64,000 bases of DNA from Candidatus Marinacidobacterales bacterium (GTDB lineage: Bacteria; Acidobacteriota; Vicinamibacteria; Marinacidobacterales; SMYC01): NCBI GenBank assembly GCA_965237955.1, contig OZ250169.1, positions 1,824,001 to 1,888,000 of the forward strand. Reading direction: 5' to 3'. Below are positions 1 through 11,295 of this stretch, one piece after another. The notes beneath the pieces were generated by a model that saw nothing but the letters and a program-made list of their open reading frames with translations, made no database searches and had not been told where the DNA came from. Each line of letters begins with the position of its first letter. The stretch's first letter is position 1. Made by a program: the position numbers and the translations under genes.

Positions 1-230
1 CCCAGCTCGACCAGTCGCTCGAGATCAACGATGAGTATGTCGATGCGCTGATTTACAAGAACCTACTTCTCCGCGAGAAGGCCAAAGTCAACCCGCGCGA
101 CAAAGACGAGCTCACCGCGCAGGCGAATGAGCTCCGGGACAAGGCCATGGCGCTGCGCGAGGAGCAGGAAGAGGCGGCTCGGTCTGCAGCCGCGACTGAC
201 GCTGAGGAGGCTCAGCAGGCGAGCCAATAA
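1..230 (+). CDS. 3' end of a TPR-like helical protein (partial, runs off window start)
   Basis: Manual translation from nt 3: QLDQSLEINDEYVDALIYKNLLLREKAKVNPRDKDELTAQANELRDKAMALREEQ...SQ*, stop TAA at 228-230. 'SLEINDEYVDALIYKNLLLR' is a TPR-type helix-turn-helix. Not in the ORF track because it has no start here. Confidence 0.6.
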   Translation, partial: QLDQSLEINDEYVDALIYKNLLLREKAKVNPRDKDELTAQANELRDKAMALREEQEEAARSAAATDAEEAQQASQ

Positions 231-412
231 GCACGAAGGAACCTCTCTTCTCCTCTTCGGGCGGCTCGTTGGGCGAGACAGTGCTTTCGGGCGCTGCCGC
301 GCCCCTTTTTTGTCGGGACATGACCGACTGCGTTCTCATCATCGATGACGATGAGTGCCTGGCCGCCATGTTGGCCGAATACCTCAAAGTCGAGGGGGAG
401 CTGCGTTGAAAC

Positions 413-1096
413 CTAAGTCGGTGCCTTTTCCTTGATGTCGACGATGATCCAACGCGAGGCCTCGGTGCGATCGCTCTGCGGACCAGAAAGGTCGTACTTT
501 CGAAGCGTAACCGTATAGGGCTTCTCGTCGGCATCCGGGAGTTTGAGCATGAGCAGCATTTCCGTCACCGCGACGTCTCCATCCAAGTTCTCGATGGTCA
601 CCTGTCTGATCACTGACCTAGTGGCGAGCCTGGTTTCGGTGTCGACGGCCCGTTCGAGCTCTTGAAATTTGTGTTCCGTCGTTTTGCGCTCTTCAACCCG
701 CTTCGACCACTCCTCTTGAATCTCACCAAGCTCTCCGCTGAACTTGAACTGTGAGTCCTGTTTCTGCTTCCGGATGATCCGATCGAGAGCTTTTCCGTTG
801 TCCGCGAGATACACTCTGCCTTCCTCCAACGCAGCGTCTCGTTCCTTCTCGGCGGCCTCTAACCGAACGAGCAGCTCTGGCAACGTGAAAGACTCAGTCG
901 ATTCGGAGCTGACGTCCACCACCTGCCACGACTCTGCCGGCCCGGGAGGGCTGACGGCCGACATGGCGGCAAGCGTAGCGCTGTCGTTGCTCCGGGCGGC
1001 AAGGAAGAATTGGTCGATGGTCGCTTGCTCCGGACTACCGCAGGCCCAGAGACACGCTAGGATCGCACCCACCACCCATTCTCTGTGGTTCGTCAT
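413..1096 (-). CDS. Hypothetical lipoprotein with central coiled coil
   Basis: From ATG 1096 (MTNHREWVVGAILACLWAC-GS): hydrophobic signal plus lipobox LWAC, AAGGAG upstream, helical E/K/R-rich middle. Confidence 0.7.
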   Translation of the reverse strand: MTNHREWVVGAILACLWACGSPEQATIDQFFLAARSNDSATLAAMSAVSPPGPAESWQVVDVSSESTESFTLPELLVRLEAAEKERDAALEEGRVYLADNGKALDRIIRKQKQDSQFKFSGELGEIQEEWSKRVEERKTTEHKFQELERAVDTETRLATRSVIRQVTIENLDGDVAVTEMLLMLKLPDADEKPYTVTLRKYDLSGPQSDRTEASRWIIVDIKEKAPT

Positions 1097-1208
1097 CGGA
1101 TCCTCCTTTGGAAAAGCAGACAGAAGCTTGTCCCACGAGCTGGAATTATAGTCCCGATCGGTTAAAAAGGAAAAGCCTCCCAACCGAACTGGTGCGGGGG
1201 ATTATTAG

Positions 1209-2924
1209 GGTTCTCCTGTCGTTTCGGGGGATCTGATTTGTGTTGGAGGGCATGGCCTATGGACGCTGCCGCGATTGTGGAAAACGCCGGAAACTCCGGG
1301 CGAGAGAGGCGTTTAGGGAAAGGTTGTGAGCACGTACAAACGTGGAGCGGCGTTTTCCACAATCGCTTGGAAAACGCTTCGCGTTTCCCACGAGCGCCCA
1401 CAGGCCCCTCCTGATATATATACAAGAAAGATTAATTCATATGGGATAAGGAAGGGGGGGCTCGATTAGTGGAGGCTATGGAAAACGCCCTTCCAGGCTT
1501 CGAAGAGAACTCAGTCGTGAGCAAGGTCTGAACGACCAGAACCGTGGGGGCGTTTCCCACAGCCTCGTCTCCCGCTGAGGGGCAGTGGCATTTGGTGAGG
1601 CCCGTGGGTTGAGAGGGTAAGCCATGTGTAGATGCGCATCGGCGAGAACGCTAGAATCTTTTTTTCCGAAAGAGAAAAGAGCGTTCCCGCGATGCGCGTT
1701 ACTACGTTAGTCAACAAGCTCATCGGATTGCAAGGCCTGTGGGTCCGAGGTTTCCACTTCCAGGCGGACAAAGCCAGAGTGGTGGTGGATGTAGTACCAC
1801 GGAGGAGGAAGCCTCTGTGCGGGATTTGCGGACGAAAGGTCCGCAAGAACAAAGATCGCTACAATCGCTACTGGCGGCACTTGGACCTGTTCGGAGTCCG
1901 GACCTATCTTCGCTACTCGATCCGACGAGTGGTATGTCGGCGGTGTGGAGTGGTCAGAGAAAAGGTGCCTTGGGCCGACAAGGGAAGCCGCTTTACCAAA
2001 AGCTTCGAACAAGAGGTAGCGTGGCTGGCACAGAGGACGGACGTCAGCGCCGTAGCGAACTATTTCCGAGTGACGTGGCGTTCGGTGCGACGGATCATCC
2101 AGCGAGTGGTTGCCGAGCAGCGGGATGAGCGGCGCGAGCTCGATGGATTGCGGGTGATTGGGATGGACGAGATCAGCTACCGCAAACGCCACAAGTACTT
2201 AACAGTGGTAATAGACCATCTCAGCGGCCGGGTCGTCTGGGCGGGAAAGGAGCGCAAGGCCAAGACGCTGCTGCGGTTTTTCCGCAAGCTCGGACCACAA
2301 AGAGCCGCGGAGCTCGAAGCGGTCAGCATGGACATGTGGGAGCCGTACAGAACTGTCGTCGGCAAAAAGGCTCCTCAGGCACGGGTGATCTTTGACCGCT
2401 TCCACATCGTCAAGCATCTGAACGAGGCCGTGGATAAGACCCGGCGCGAGCTGGTGCGCGAGCTCAAAGGGACTGCCCGGCGCAACCTCAAGAACACCAA
2501 GTTTCCCCTTCTCAAGGCCAAACACAACCGCAGCGCGAAAGACAAACGGGTGCTCCGCGAGCAGGTGCGAGCTAATCGTCGCCTCTACCGCGCCATGCTT
2601 CTGCGCGACAACTTCATGGACCTCTACACCTACAAAACCGAGACATGGGCCAAGAAGTTTCTCCGAGGATGGCTGCGGCGCGCTATGAGCTCGAGGATAG
2701 AGCCCGTCAAACGCGCGGCGAAGATGAGCAGCCACTTCGATGGCGTCATCGCGTGGGTCACGTGGAGACTCAGCAACGGCCGACTCGAAGGAATGAACAA
2801 CAAAATCAGGCTGCTGAGCCACCGCAGCTTTGGACTCCACTCTGCCGAAGCTCTCATCAGTCTCGTCTACCTAAACTGTGGCGGTCTCACCCTCGAGAGG
2901 ATCCACTGAAATGGCAGGAGAGGC
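1209..2924 (+). mobile_element. ISL3-family insertion sequence (1716 bp)
   Basis: Imperfect TIRs GGTTCTCCTGTCGTTTCGGGGGATCT and (revcomp) GCCTCTCCTGCCATTTCAGTGGATCC; exact 8-bp direct repeat ATTATTAG at 1201-1208 and 2925-2932. Confidence 0.92.
1692..2909 (+). CDS. ISL3-family transposase
   Basis: CxxC...CxxC zinc finger, GMDEISYRKRHKYLT, VSMDMW, FDRFHIVK, SNGRLEGMNNKI motifs. Start at 1692 is preferred over 1632. Confidence 0.95.
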   Translation: MRVTTLVNKLIGLQGLWVRGFHFQADKARVVVDVVPRRRKPLCGICGRKVRKNKDRYNRYWRHLDLFGVRTYLRYSIRRVVCRRCGVVREKVPWADKGSRFTKSFEQEVAWLAQRTDVSAVANYFRVTWRSVRRIIQRVVAEQRDERRELDGLRVIGMDEISYRKRHKYLTVVIDHLSGRVVWAGKERKAKTLLRFFRKLGPQRAAELEAVSMDMWEPYRTVVGKKAPQARVIFDRFHIVKHLNEAVDKTRRELVRELKGTARRNLKNTKFPLLKAKHNRSAKDKRVLREQVRANRRLYRAMLLRDNFMDLYTYKTETWAKKFLRGWLRRAMSSRIEPVKRAAKMSSHFDGVIAWVTWRLSNGRLEGMNNKIRLLSHRSFGLHSAEALISLVYLNCGGLTLERIH

Positions 2925-2982
2925 ATTATTAGAAACAGAGCGCTGAGAGGCGGCGGACGCCACCTCCCAGCGAAGACCGAAT

Positions 2983-3429
2983 CTAAGGGCTACCGCCGCG
3001 GCCCGCGGGCGCGTACGGATCCGGCGGAACGATGCCGACACGTTCGACACCGTTGCCGCGCGCCACATCCAATATCGCGACGACCTCTCCGTACTTCAGC
3101 GTAGGCGCTGCCCGCAAGAAGATCGTCTTGTCCGCGCGCGTCTCGAAGATGTCGCGTATGCGAAGGGGTAACTCATCCCTAGTGACCGGCTGCTTGTTGA
3201 TGGTCACCTGGCCTCCCGCGTCGATATCGAGCACGAGCTGGTTCGGATCGGGTTCTTGGTTCTCCTGGAGGTCATCGGCCGATTCCGGCAGCTCCACGTC
3301 GTGGCCCGCCTGGGTGAGTGGCGTCACCACCATGAAGATGATGAGCAGCACCAACATGACGTCGATAACCGGCGTCACGTTGATGTCCTTCATCGCGCCT
3401 TCGCTACCTGCAGCTTGTGACATTCCCAT
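2983..3429 (-). CDS. exbD: Biopolymer transporter ExbD/TolR
   Basis: INVTPVIDVMLVLLIIFMV transmembrane motif; C-terminal 'LKYGEVVAILDVARGNGVERVGI'. Confidence 0.9.
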   Translation of the reverse strand: MGMSQAAGSEGAMKDINVTPVIDVMLVLLIIFMVVTPLTQAGHDVELPESADDLQENQEPDPNQLVLDIDAGGQVTINKQPVTRDELPLRIRDIFETRADKTIFLRAAPTLKYGEVVAILDVARGNGVERVGIVPPDPYAPAGRGGSP

Positions 3430-3464
3430 AAGAGTGCTCCTTGTAAATCGTCCGAAACGACTGC

Positions 3465-3875
3465 TTAGCCTGTTTTTTTCTCCGTGATCAGGCCGATTTC
3501 GTCAGCGCCGCCGTCGCGGCAAAGCTCCATTACCCGCATGACGTCGCGGTACTCCAAGCCCTCGTCTGCTTTGAGAAAGAGGATCTTCTCCGCCTTTCCT
3601 TCGAATGCCTCCGAAAGCTTGGTGACGAGCTCCGCTTCCGCTATCGGTACCAGGTTGAGGTAGATGGCATTGTCCAACCGGATGGCCACGTTGACGACAT
3701 CTTCGCTGTCCGGCTTGTCGCGAGAAAATTGCGCTTCCGGCAGCTTCACGTCGACACCTTTTTGGAGCAGCGGGGTGATGACCATGAAGATGATGAGCAG
3801 CACCAGCATGACGTCGGCGAGCGGCGTCACATTGATGTTGCTATTGAGTTGGGTCGTGGCTGTGTTCGTTCCCAT
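3465..3875 (-). CDS. exbD: Biopolymer transporter ExbD/TolR
   Basis: INVTPLADVMLVLLIIFMVITP; 'LKADEGLEYRDVMRVM'. Confidence 0.9.
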   Translation of the reverse strand: MGTNTATTQLNSNINVTPLADVMLVLLIIFMVITPLLQKGVDVKLPEAQFSRDKPDSEDVVNVAIRLDNAIYLNLVPIAEAELVTKLSEAFEGKAEKILFLKADEGLEYRDVMRVMELCRDGGADEIGLITEKKTG

Positions 3876-3912
3876 AGCCGTGTCTCCTTAGTAGATAAAC
3901 AACGACGACAGC

Positions 3913-4593
3913 CTAGTTGCTAACCGTCTTCTTGGCCATGTAGTCGATGAGCTCAGAGGCGCTGTTGTCCATCTCCACGGTGAAGCCTTCCACGCGCGCG
4001 ATGAGGTAGTTGAACGCCCACACGGCCGGGATGGCCACGAAAAGCCCGAACGCCGTCGCCACGAGAGCCTCCGCGATTCCGGCCGAGACCGCGCCGATAC
4101 CGCCGGAGCCCGTGAGAGCCATGCCGCGGAAAGCGTTGATGATGCCGGCAACCGTTCCGAACAGTCCCACGAACACGGCGGTCGCACCCACCGTGGCGAG
4201 GCCCGAGAGGCCGCGCTTGAGATCGGTGAGGTTCAGCGCGGTCGCGCGCTCGATGGCCCGGTGTGCCGCTTCCATCATGTCGGAACGGCTGCCTTCACCG
4301 CTCTCCTTCTGGTACTGGTATTCCTGGAGACCGGCGAGAAGAACTTTGGCCAAGTGGCTGTTCTTCACGTCCTTTTGGCTCGAAGACTTGATGGCTTCTT
4401 GAATCTTGCCGTCCTTCAGGAGCTTCGCCACCCTGGGTGCATAAGCTCGGGACTGCTTCTTGGCCTTGCGGAACGTCATGTACCGCTCGATCATCACGCT
4501 CAAGGAATAAATGGACATGAGCAACAGCGTGAAGTTCACAGCCCTCGCGGTGAATCCCATGTGCTGCCAAATATCGATTAAGCTGAACGACAT
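3913..4593 (-). CDS. exbB: MotA/TolQ/ExbB proton channel
   Basis: LATVGATAVFVGLFGTVAGI and GIAEALVATAFGLFVAIPA motifs; ATG 4593 preceded by GGAGGA. Confidence 0.9.
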   Translation of the reverse strand: MSFSLIDIWQHMGFTARAVNFTLLLMSIYSLSVMIERYMTFRKAKKQSRAYAPRVAKLLKDGKIQEAIKSSSQKDVKNSHLAKVLLAGLQEYQYQKESGEGSRSDMMEAAHRAIERATALNLTDLKRGLSGLATVGATAVFVGLFGTVAGIINAFRGMALTGSGGIGAVSAGIAEALVATAFGLFVAIPAVWAFNYLIARVEGFTVEMDNSASELIDYMAKKTVSN

Positions 4594-4707
4594 TATTTCC
4601 TCCTGTTTGCCCTTTGGCTTAGTGCTTTGACTTTTGAACCGCCACGTTGGTGGGGCCACGTGGTGATGAACTGGACATCGAAAAACTCGGCGAAAAACTC
4701 AATTCGA

Positions 4708-5448
<741 letters not shown>

Positions 5449-5781
5449 GGCGTTCGGCGCTCCTTTCGAGAGATTATGAACGACTCTGATTAAATGTATA
5501 GGCTCGCTCTAATCCGTATCGTACTCACACCAAGCGAGATATGAGCGATATCCCATCTTGGTTAAAGCCCTTAGACACCTGACGCCGCAAAAGGTTCCTG
5601 TCGGATCGGAGAGAACATGAACGCTACGGTCCCGCGAACCAGCCACGGCGTCGGGCAGCTCGCACACCTCCCGCATGTCAATGGCATGCGACGGGTGCGG
5701 CATGGATAATGTGAAGCCCAATCCATTGTCAGATAATTAAGACAGCGGCTTGGAGGAGCCACTGCCCCATTCGAGCGGGCT

Positions 5782-5810
5782 ATACTAATCCTCAGTTTGC
5801 GGGCTGTCAA
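5782..5810 (-). promoter_or_regulatory. Sigma70-type promoter for the tonB-exbB-exbD-exbD operon
   Basis: On the minus strand TTGACA-17 bp-TAGTAT, about 330 nt upstream of tonB. Confidence 0.6.
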
Positions 5811-5837
5811 GCATTTACCCGTGGCAGCTGGTGACCC

Positions 5838-5900
5838 AGCTTCGCCGTTGGCTTCGGCGGGCCAGCCGAAGCTTTGAGCGAAGGCTGGCTGGCAGCTTCA
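5838..5900. repeat. REP-like palindrome (CTTCGCC..GGCTTCGGCG..GCCGAAGC..GCGAAGGCTGG family)
   Basis: Imperfect hairpin; a near-copy lies at about 6726-6790. Confidence 0.6.
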
Positions 5901-5901
5901 G

Positions 5902-6660
5902 CTAATACAAGTTAAACCTGACGACTAGGTCGCTCAGGCAAGGGATGGGGCGGCCGTTCTTCATCGCTGGCTCGAAGCGCCAGCTCGATTCCACGGTGCG
6001 GATTGCCGCGTCGTCGAGCTCGGGAATGGAGCGGAGTATCTCGAGGACGTGGACTTTCCCTTGCTCGTCGATCACGACACGCAATTTCACGGAGCCTTTG
6101 ACGTTTTGCCGGATCGCTTCTACGGTGTAGCTCGGCAGGGGCATACGGAGAGGCCTCGGTTGGACATCGGGAGTAGGGAATTTGCCGGTGCCACCGATGA
6201 CGCCGCCTACGAGGCCGCCCGGGACGCCACCGACCACGCCGCCCGGCATCCTGCCGCCTATCCCGTTAATGTCACCGTCGTCGAAACCGTTTTCGACACC
6301 GATCGGGATATCGCTCATCGGGAGCGTGGCGGTGAGCATCTCGACGGGGATCACGAAGGTCGGCGTCGGGACGAACGTCCTGGCATCGGGGTCCACGGGG
6401 CGAGGGGCCGCTCGTGAGCTTTGCTCGAGCGATACACCTCGACGCAAAGCGGGCGGAGGCGGTGGCGCGAATTGAAGAAACGTCGTCGACGGGGCGTTGG
6501 GCGTCAAGTGCTCCGGCACGGAGAACAACGACATGACGGTGATTGCCGCGAGGGCGAAACCATGGGCGGCGAATCCGAGCGGCCCACTCAGCCCGTATCG
6601 CAGGCGCGCTCCGTCTCGACCCGCGGACAGCGTGTCAGAGAAAAAGCTCGGCTCCGGCAT
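5902..6660 (-). CDS. Second TonB-family protein
   Basis: TM with 'AAHG', Pro stretch, GGVVGGVPGGLVGG, TonB C-domain 'YTVEAIRQNVKGSVKLRVVIDEQG...WRFEPA'; AAGGAGG before ATG 6660. Confidence 0.85.
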   Translation of the reverse strand: MPEPSFFSDTLSAGRDGARLRYGLSGPLGFAAHGFALAAITVMSLFSVPEHLTPNAPSTTFLQFAPPPPPALRRGVSLEQSSRAAPRPVDPDARTFVPTPTFVIPVEMLTATLPMSDIPIGVENGFDDGDINGIGGRMPGGVVGGVPGGLVGGVIGGTGKFPTPDVQPRPLRMPLPSYTVEAIRQNVKGSVKLRVVIDEQGKVHVLEILRSIPELDDAAIRTVESSWRFEPAMKNGRPIPCLSDLVVRFNLY

Positions 6661-6691
6661 GGGCCCCTCCTTGGGCCATTGTACCGCCATC

Positions 6692-6790
6692 GGTCCGCCT
6701 CCGCGCCAGAAGGCTACGGCGGACCCGCCTTCGCCCTTGGCTTCGGCGCGCCAGCCGTAGCTGCACGCGAAGGCTGGCTGAGAGCTGGAA
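6692..6790. repeat. REP-like palindrome cluster (same family as 5838-5900)
   Basis: CCGCCTCCGCGCCAGAAGGCTACGGCGG followed by CCGCCTTCGCCCTTGGCTTCGGCGCGCCAGCCGTAGC...GCGAAGGCTGG. Confidence 0.6.
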
Positions 6791-6795
6791 GCCGG

Positions 6796-7749
6796 CTAAA
6801 CTCGCGCTTCCCGAGCGTCCGGTTTGTCGCGATCTCTCACGGGGCGGTCACGGAGCCCGCGCCACCACAACACGATCGGTGAGGCGATGGCGATCGACGA
6901 ATAGGTGCCGATGATCACCCCCGCGACGAGCACGAAAGAAAAGGCTCTCAGGACGGCGCCGCCCATGACGTACAACGCGACGACCACGAACAGCGTGAGC
7001 CCCGAGGTGAGGACGGTACGCCGGAGCGTCTGGTTGATCGAGAGGTTCATGATGTCTCGAAGCGATTTTTTCCGGACGAGCTTCCGGTTCTCGCGCACGC
7101 GGTCGAAAATCACGATGGTGTCGTTGACCGAGTAGCCGACGAGAGTCAAGAACGCGGCGATCAAGTACAACGTAATCTCGAGGTTGAAGATCGATACCAG
7201 CGCGAGCGTGAGCACCACGTCGTGGATGACCGCGAGGGTAGCGCCCACTCCGTACACGAGCTCGAAGCGGAAACCGATGTAGCCGAGCATCGCCACGAGC
7301 GCGAACAGCGTCGCGTTTCTCGCTTGGCGGCGCAGCTCGGCACCGACGACGGGGCCGACGATCTCCGTGCTCGCGTCCGCCAGGGCGTTTCCAGAAATAT
7401 CCTCTCTGAGGGTTCGGAGAATGGTGTTGGCACTGGCATCGAGCTCGCCTTCGTTTCCCTCCGCACGCTCGACCCGGATCATGACCATGTTGAGCTCGTC
7501 ACGGTCGTAGCGCTGGATCACCGCATTGCCGAGGCCGGCTCCTCGCAGTTGCTGGCGGATGACGTCTACTTCCGGCGTGGCTTCGAACTTCGCGTAAACA
7601 ATGGTGCCTTCGGAGAAATCGATGCCGTAGCGTAGCCCGCCCTTTCGGGCGATGTCGAGGGCACCGATGAGGGCCACGATGACGGAGATGGTGATGAAGT
7701 GCCAGCGGTACTTCAGCCAGTCGATTTTGGTATCGCCAATGAAATCCAT
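6796..7749 (-). CDS. secF: Protein translocase subunit SecF
   Basis: GIDFSEGT, VGPVVGAEL, GYSVNDTIVIFDRVRE, GTYSSIAIA. Confidence 0.96.
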   Translation of the reverse strand: MDFIGDTKIDWLKYRWHFITISVIVALIGALDIARKGGLRYGIDFSEGTIVYAKFEATPEVDVIRQQLRGAGLGNAVIQRYDRDELNMVMIRVERAEGNEGELDASANTILRTLREDISGNALADASTEIVGPVVGAELRRQARNATLFALVAMLGYIGFRFELVYGVGATLAVIHDVVLTLALVSIFNLEITLYLIAAFLTLVGYSVNDTIVIFDRVRENRKLVRKKSLRDIMNLSINQTLRRTVLTSGLTLFVVVALYVMGGAVLRAFSFVLVAGVIIGTYSSIAIASPIVLWWRGLRDRPVRDRDKPDAREARV

Positions 7750-7761
7750 GTTGGTCGCGTC

Positions 7762-9291
7762 CTAAATACTGAGGGCTTCGACCTGGCGGCGCCCGCCGAG
7801 TACGAGATCGAAGATGAACCGTGAAACGAAAATAGCGGTGAACATGTTCGCGATGAGCCCGATGCTCAACGTTACCGCGAATCCTTGGATGGGTCCGGTG
7901 CCGAATTGAAAGAGAATGGCGGCGGCAACGAGGCTGGTAACGTTCGCGTCGACGATGGTCCAAAACGCCTTGCCGAAGCCGGCGGAGATCGCGGTGCGCG
8001 GTGTTTTTCCAGCGCGCATCTCTTCCTTGATGCGCTCGAAGATGAGAACGTTGGCGTCCACGCCCATGCCGATCGTGAGAATGACGCCGGCGATGCCCGG
8101 GAGCGTGAGCGTGGCAGCGAAGTACGCGAGCGCGCCCACGAGGATCAGCAAGTTGAGCATGAGTGCTACCACCGCGTTGACGCCCGCCAACCGGTAATAC
8201 AGAAGGATGAAGAGCACGACCGATGCGAAACCCAAGGCGGATGCGGTGATCCCGCTACGAATCGAATCCGCGCCGAGGCTGGGCCCGACCGTTCGTTCTT
8301 CCTGGTACTCGAGCGAAGCAGGAAGCGCGCCCGATCGCAGTTTCAGAGCGAGGTCGTACGCTTCCTGGGACGTGAAGCTCCCGGTGATTTGTCCTTGATC
8401 GTAGATCACGCCCTGTATTACCGGCGCTGAGATGACGATACCGTCCAAGATGATGGCGAGCCGCTCGCCGAGGTTCTCGCGGGTGGCGGTCCGAAACTTG
8501 TTGGCTGACTCTGCTTTCAGCGTGAAGCTGATGTCCGGTTGGTTGGTTTGCGGATCGACTCCGGGGCGGGCGTTTTTCAGATCGCGACCGGTGATCACGG
8601 GGATGCGATCCAACAGGAAGTATTCAATGTTGCCGCCCGCGTCCGGCTCGCCGGGCAGTATCTCGGTGCCCGGCAGGGCCTGCGGTTCGGATGGCCCCGA
8701 GCTTCGGACGATACGGAGCTCGAGCTTCGCGGTCGATTTGATGACTTCTTTGGCGCGGGCGACGTCCTCGAAGCCAGGAAGCTGCACGAGAATCTGGCTG
8801 CTTCGGTCTCCGTGGGGAGCGATGACTGGCTCGGCGACGCCGAGAGCGTCGACGCGTCGCCGGATCGTCTGGATGGCCTGGGTGACGGTTTCTTCTTGCA
8901 GGATGCCGACGTCGGACGGACGCATCTCGAGCTCCCAGCCGCCACCTGCGAGGCTTCGGACGTCCCACGCCGGGAAACTCTGGTCCATGATGAGCCGGAA
9001 CGCGGCATCTTCATTGGTGTCCAGTCCCTCGAGGGCGAGCTTGCCGGGCTCGACGTCGTAGATGTTCGCGAACGCGATGCTCTGATCGTCGAGGATCTCG
9101 GAAAGGCCGTCCGCCACCTCACGGGTCACGGCGACGAGAGCATCCTCGGTGTTCACCTTCATGATGAGATGGATGCCGCCTTTGAGATCCAGGCCGAGCT
9201 TGATTTTCTCCTCGGGTGGGTAGAATGCCCAGGTGGACCCGACCACAACGGCAAGGATCAATAGGGCCTTCCAACGCAGATTCTTCTTCAT
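7762..9291 (-). CDS. secD: Protein translocase subunit SecD
   Basis: KLGLDLKGG, IRRRVDALGVAEP, VGPSLGADSI, GMGVDANVLIFERIKEE. Confidence 0.96.
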   Translation of the reverse strand: MKKNLRWKALLILAVVVGSTWAFYPPEEKIKLGLDLKGGIHLIMKVNTEDALVAVTREVADGLSEILDDQSIAFANIYDVEPGKLALEGLDTNEDAAFRLIMDQSFPAWDVRSLAGGGWELEMRPSDVGILQEETVTQAIQTIRRRVDALGVAEPVIAPHGDRSSQILVQLPGFEDVARAKEVIKSTAKLELRIVRSSGPSEPQALPGTEILPGEPDAGGNIEYFLLDRIPVITGRDLKNARPGVDPQTNQPDISFTLKAESANKFRTATRENLGERLAIILDGIVISAPVIQGVIYDQGQITGSFTSQEAYDLALKLRSGALPASLEYQEERTVGPSLGADSIRSGITASALGFASVVLFILLYYRLAGVNAVVALMLNLLILVGALAYFAATLTLPGIAGVILTIGMGVDANVLIFERIKEEMRAGKTPRTAISAGFGKAFWTIVDANVTSLVAAAILFQFGTGPIQGFAVTLSIGLIANMFTAIFVSRFIFDLVLGGRRQVEALSI

Positions 9292-9343
9292 GGGGTCTCG
9301 ACTCCAACGGCCTCCCCGTCATCGAGGGCCGGCGTATGTGAAT

Positions 9344-9658
9344 TCAGGAGCGCTTGGACGGCTCCTCGACGCGCTGGGCGACGGCTGACTTGGCGAACTG
9401 GATCTTGACGCTGTCGGCAACGCGCACCTGGATCTGATCGTCCGAAACGCCCACGACGGTTCCGTAGATACCTCCGCTCGTCAGGACGCGATCGCCGTTT
9501 TTGAGCTGGTCTCGCATGGTCTCCGTGTCCTGTTGAGACTTGCGTGCGGGCCGAATGACGATGAAGTAGAAGACCACGCAGATGATGAGGATCAGGTAGA
9601 GCGGGTTGCCGAAAGGCGAAAGCGAGCTCTGCCAAGGAGCGAACCAAGCGGTGAACAT
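9344..9658 (-). CDS. yajC: Preprotein translocase subunit YajC
   Basis: VFYFIVIRP...LKNGDRVLTSGGIYGTV; lies between tgt and secD. Start uncertain (9658 or 9694). Confidence 0.92.
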   Translation of the reverse strand: MFTAWFAPWQSSLSPFGNPLYLILIICVVFYFIVIRPARKSQQDTETMRDQLKNGDRVLTSGGIYGTVVGVSDDQIQVRVADSVKIQFAKSAVAQRVEEPSKRS

Positions 9659-9690
9659 CTTAGTAATGATAGTGCAGCGGTTTTCGGGCT

Positions 9691-10833
<1,143 letters not shown>

Positions 10834-10954
10834 CTAAAAAAACAGGATATGGCCAGGACCCGCTGTTGATACGGGTTTTCGTGCACTTTCCGCTGCCGCT
10901 CCTGCTAACGCGTTCAATACAAAGCATCAAGTTCTCGAGCCACCGACAAAAGGG

Positions 10955-11026
10955 TTGACAGGCCCCTCAGCCCTTCCTTATCCTACATCTAGTATGTCAA
11001 GCCTGGACTCAGACAACTGCTAGTTG
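10955..11026 (+). promoter_or_regulatory. Sigma70 promoter overlapped by two NrdR-box-like sites
   Basis: TTGACA 10955-10960, 18 bp, TATCCT 10979-10984. ATCCTACATCTAGTAT (10980-10995) and AGACAACTGCTAGTTG (11011-11026) are 31 bp apart and resemble acaCwAtATaTwGtgt. Confidence 0.5.
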
Positions 11027-11202
11027 TTACTGCTCTTCGAGCGGATGGCGCCCCTTGGTGCTTCTGTCCGAAGAACGGTGGTTTGGGTTTTCCGGCATGC
11101 GAGCGGAAGACCGAGATGTCATTAAGAAATTTTGAACTTTCAAAATGCAGTGACTCCCTCGGGCACCTCTGCTCTATCCCCTAAGGAGAGGAGGCGATAA
11201 GC

Positions 11203-11271
11203 ATGGCAAAAAAGAGAAAGAAAGCTACCAAGAAGAAAGCGGCCAAGAAAAAGGCTGCAAAAAAGAAATAG
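11203..11271 (+). CDS. 22-aa Lys/Ala-rich basic microprotein (MAKKRKKATKKKAAKKKAAKKK)
   Basis: Strong SD (AAGGAGAGGAGG) just upstream of ATG, own promoter and intrinsic terminator; below the ORF-track size cut-off. Confidence 0.8.
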   Translation: MAKKRKKATKKKAAKKKAAKKK

Positions 11272-11295
11272 CGACTTCCTCAGGGGTATCGAGAG

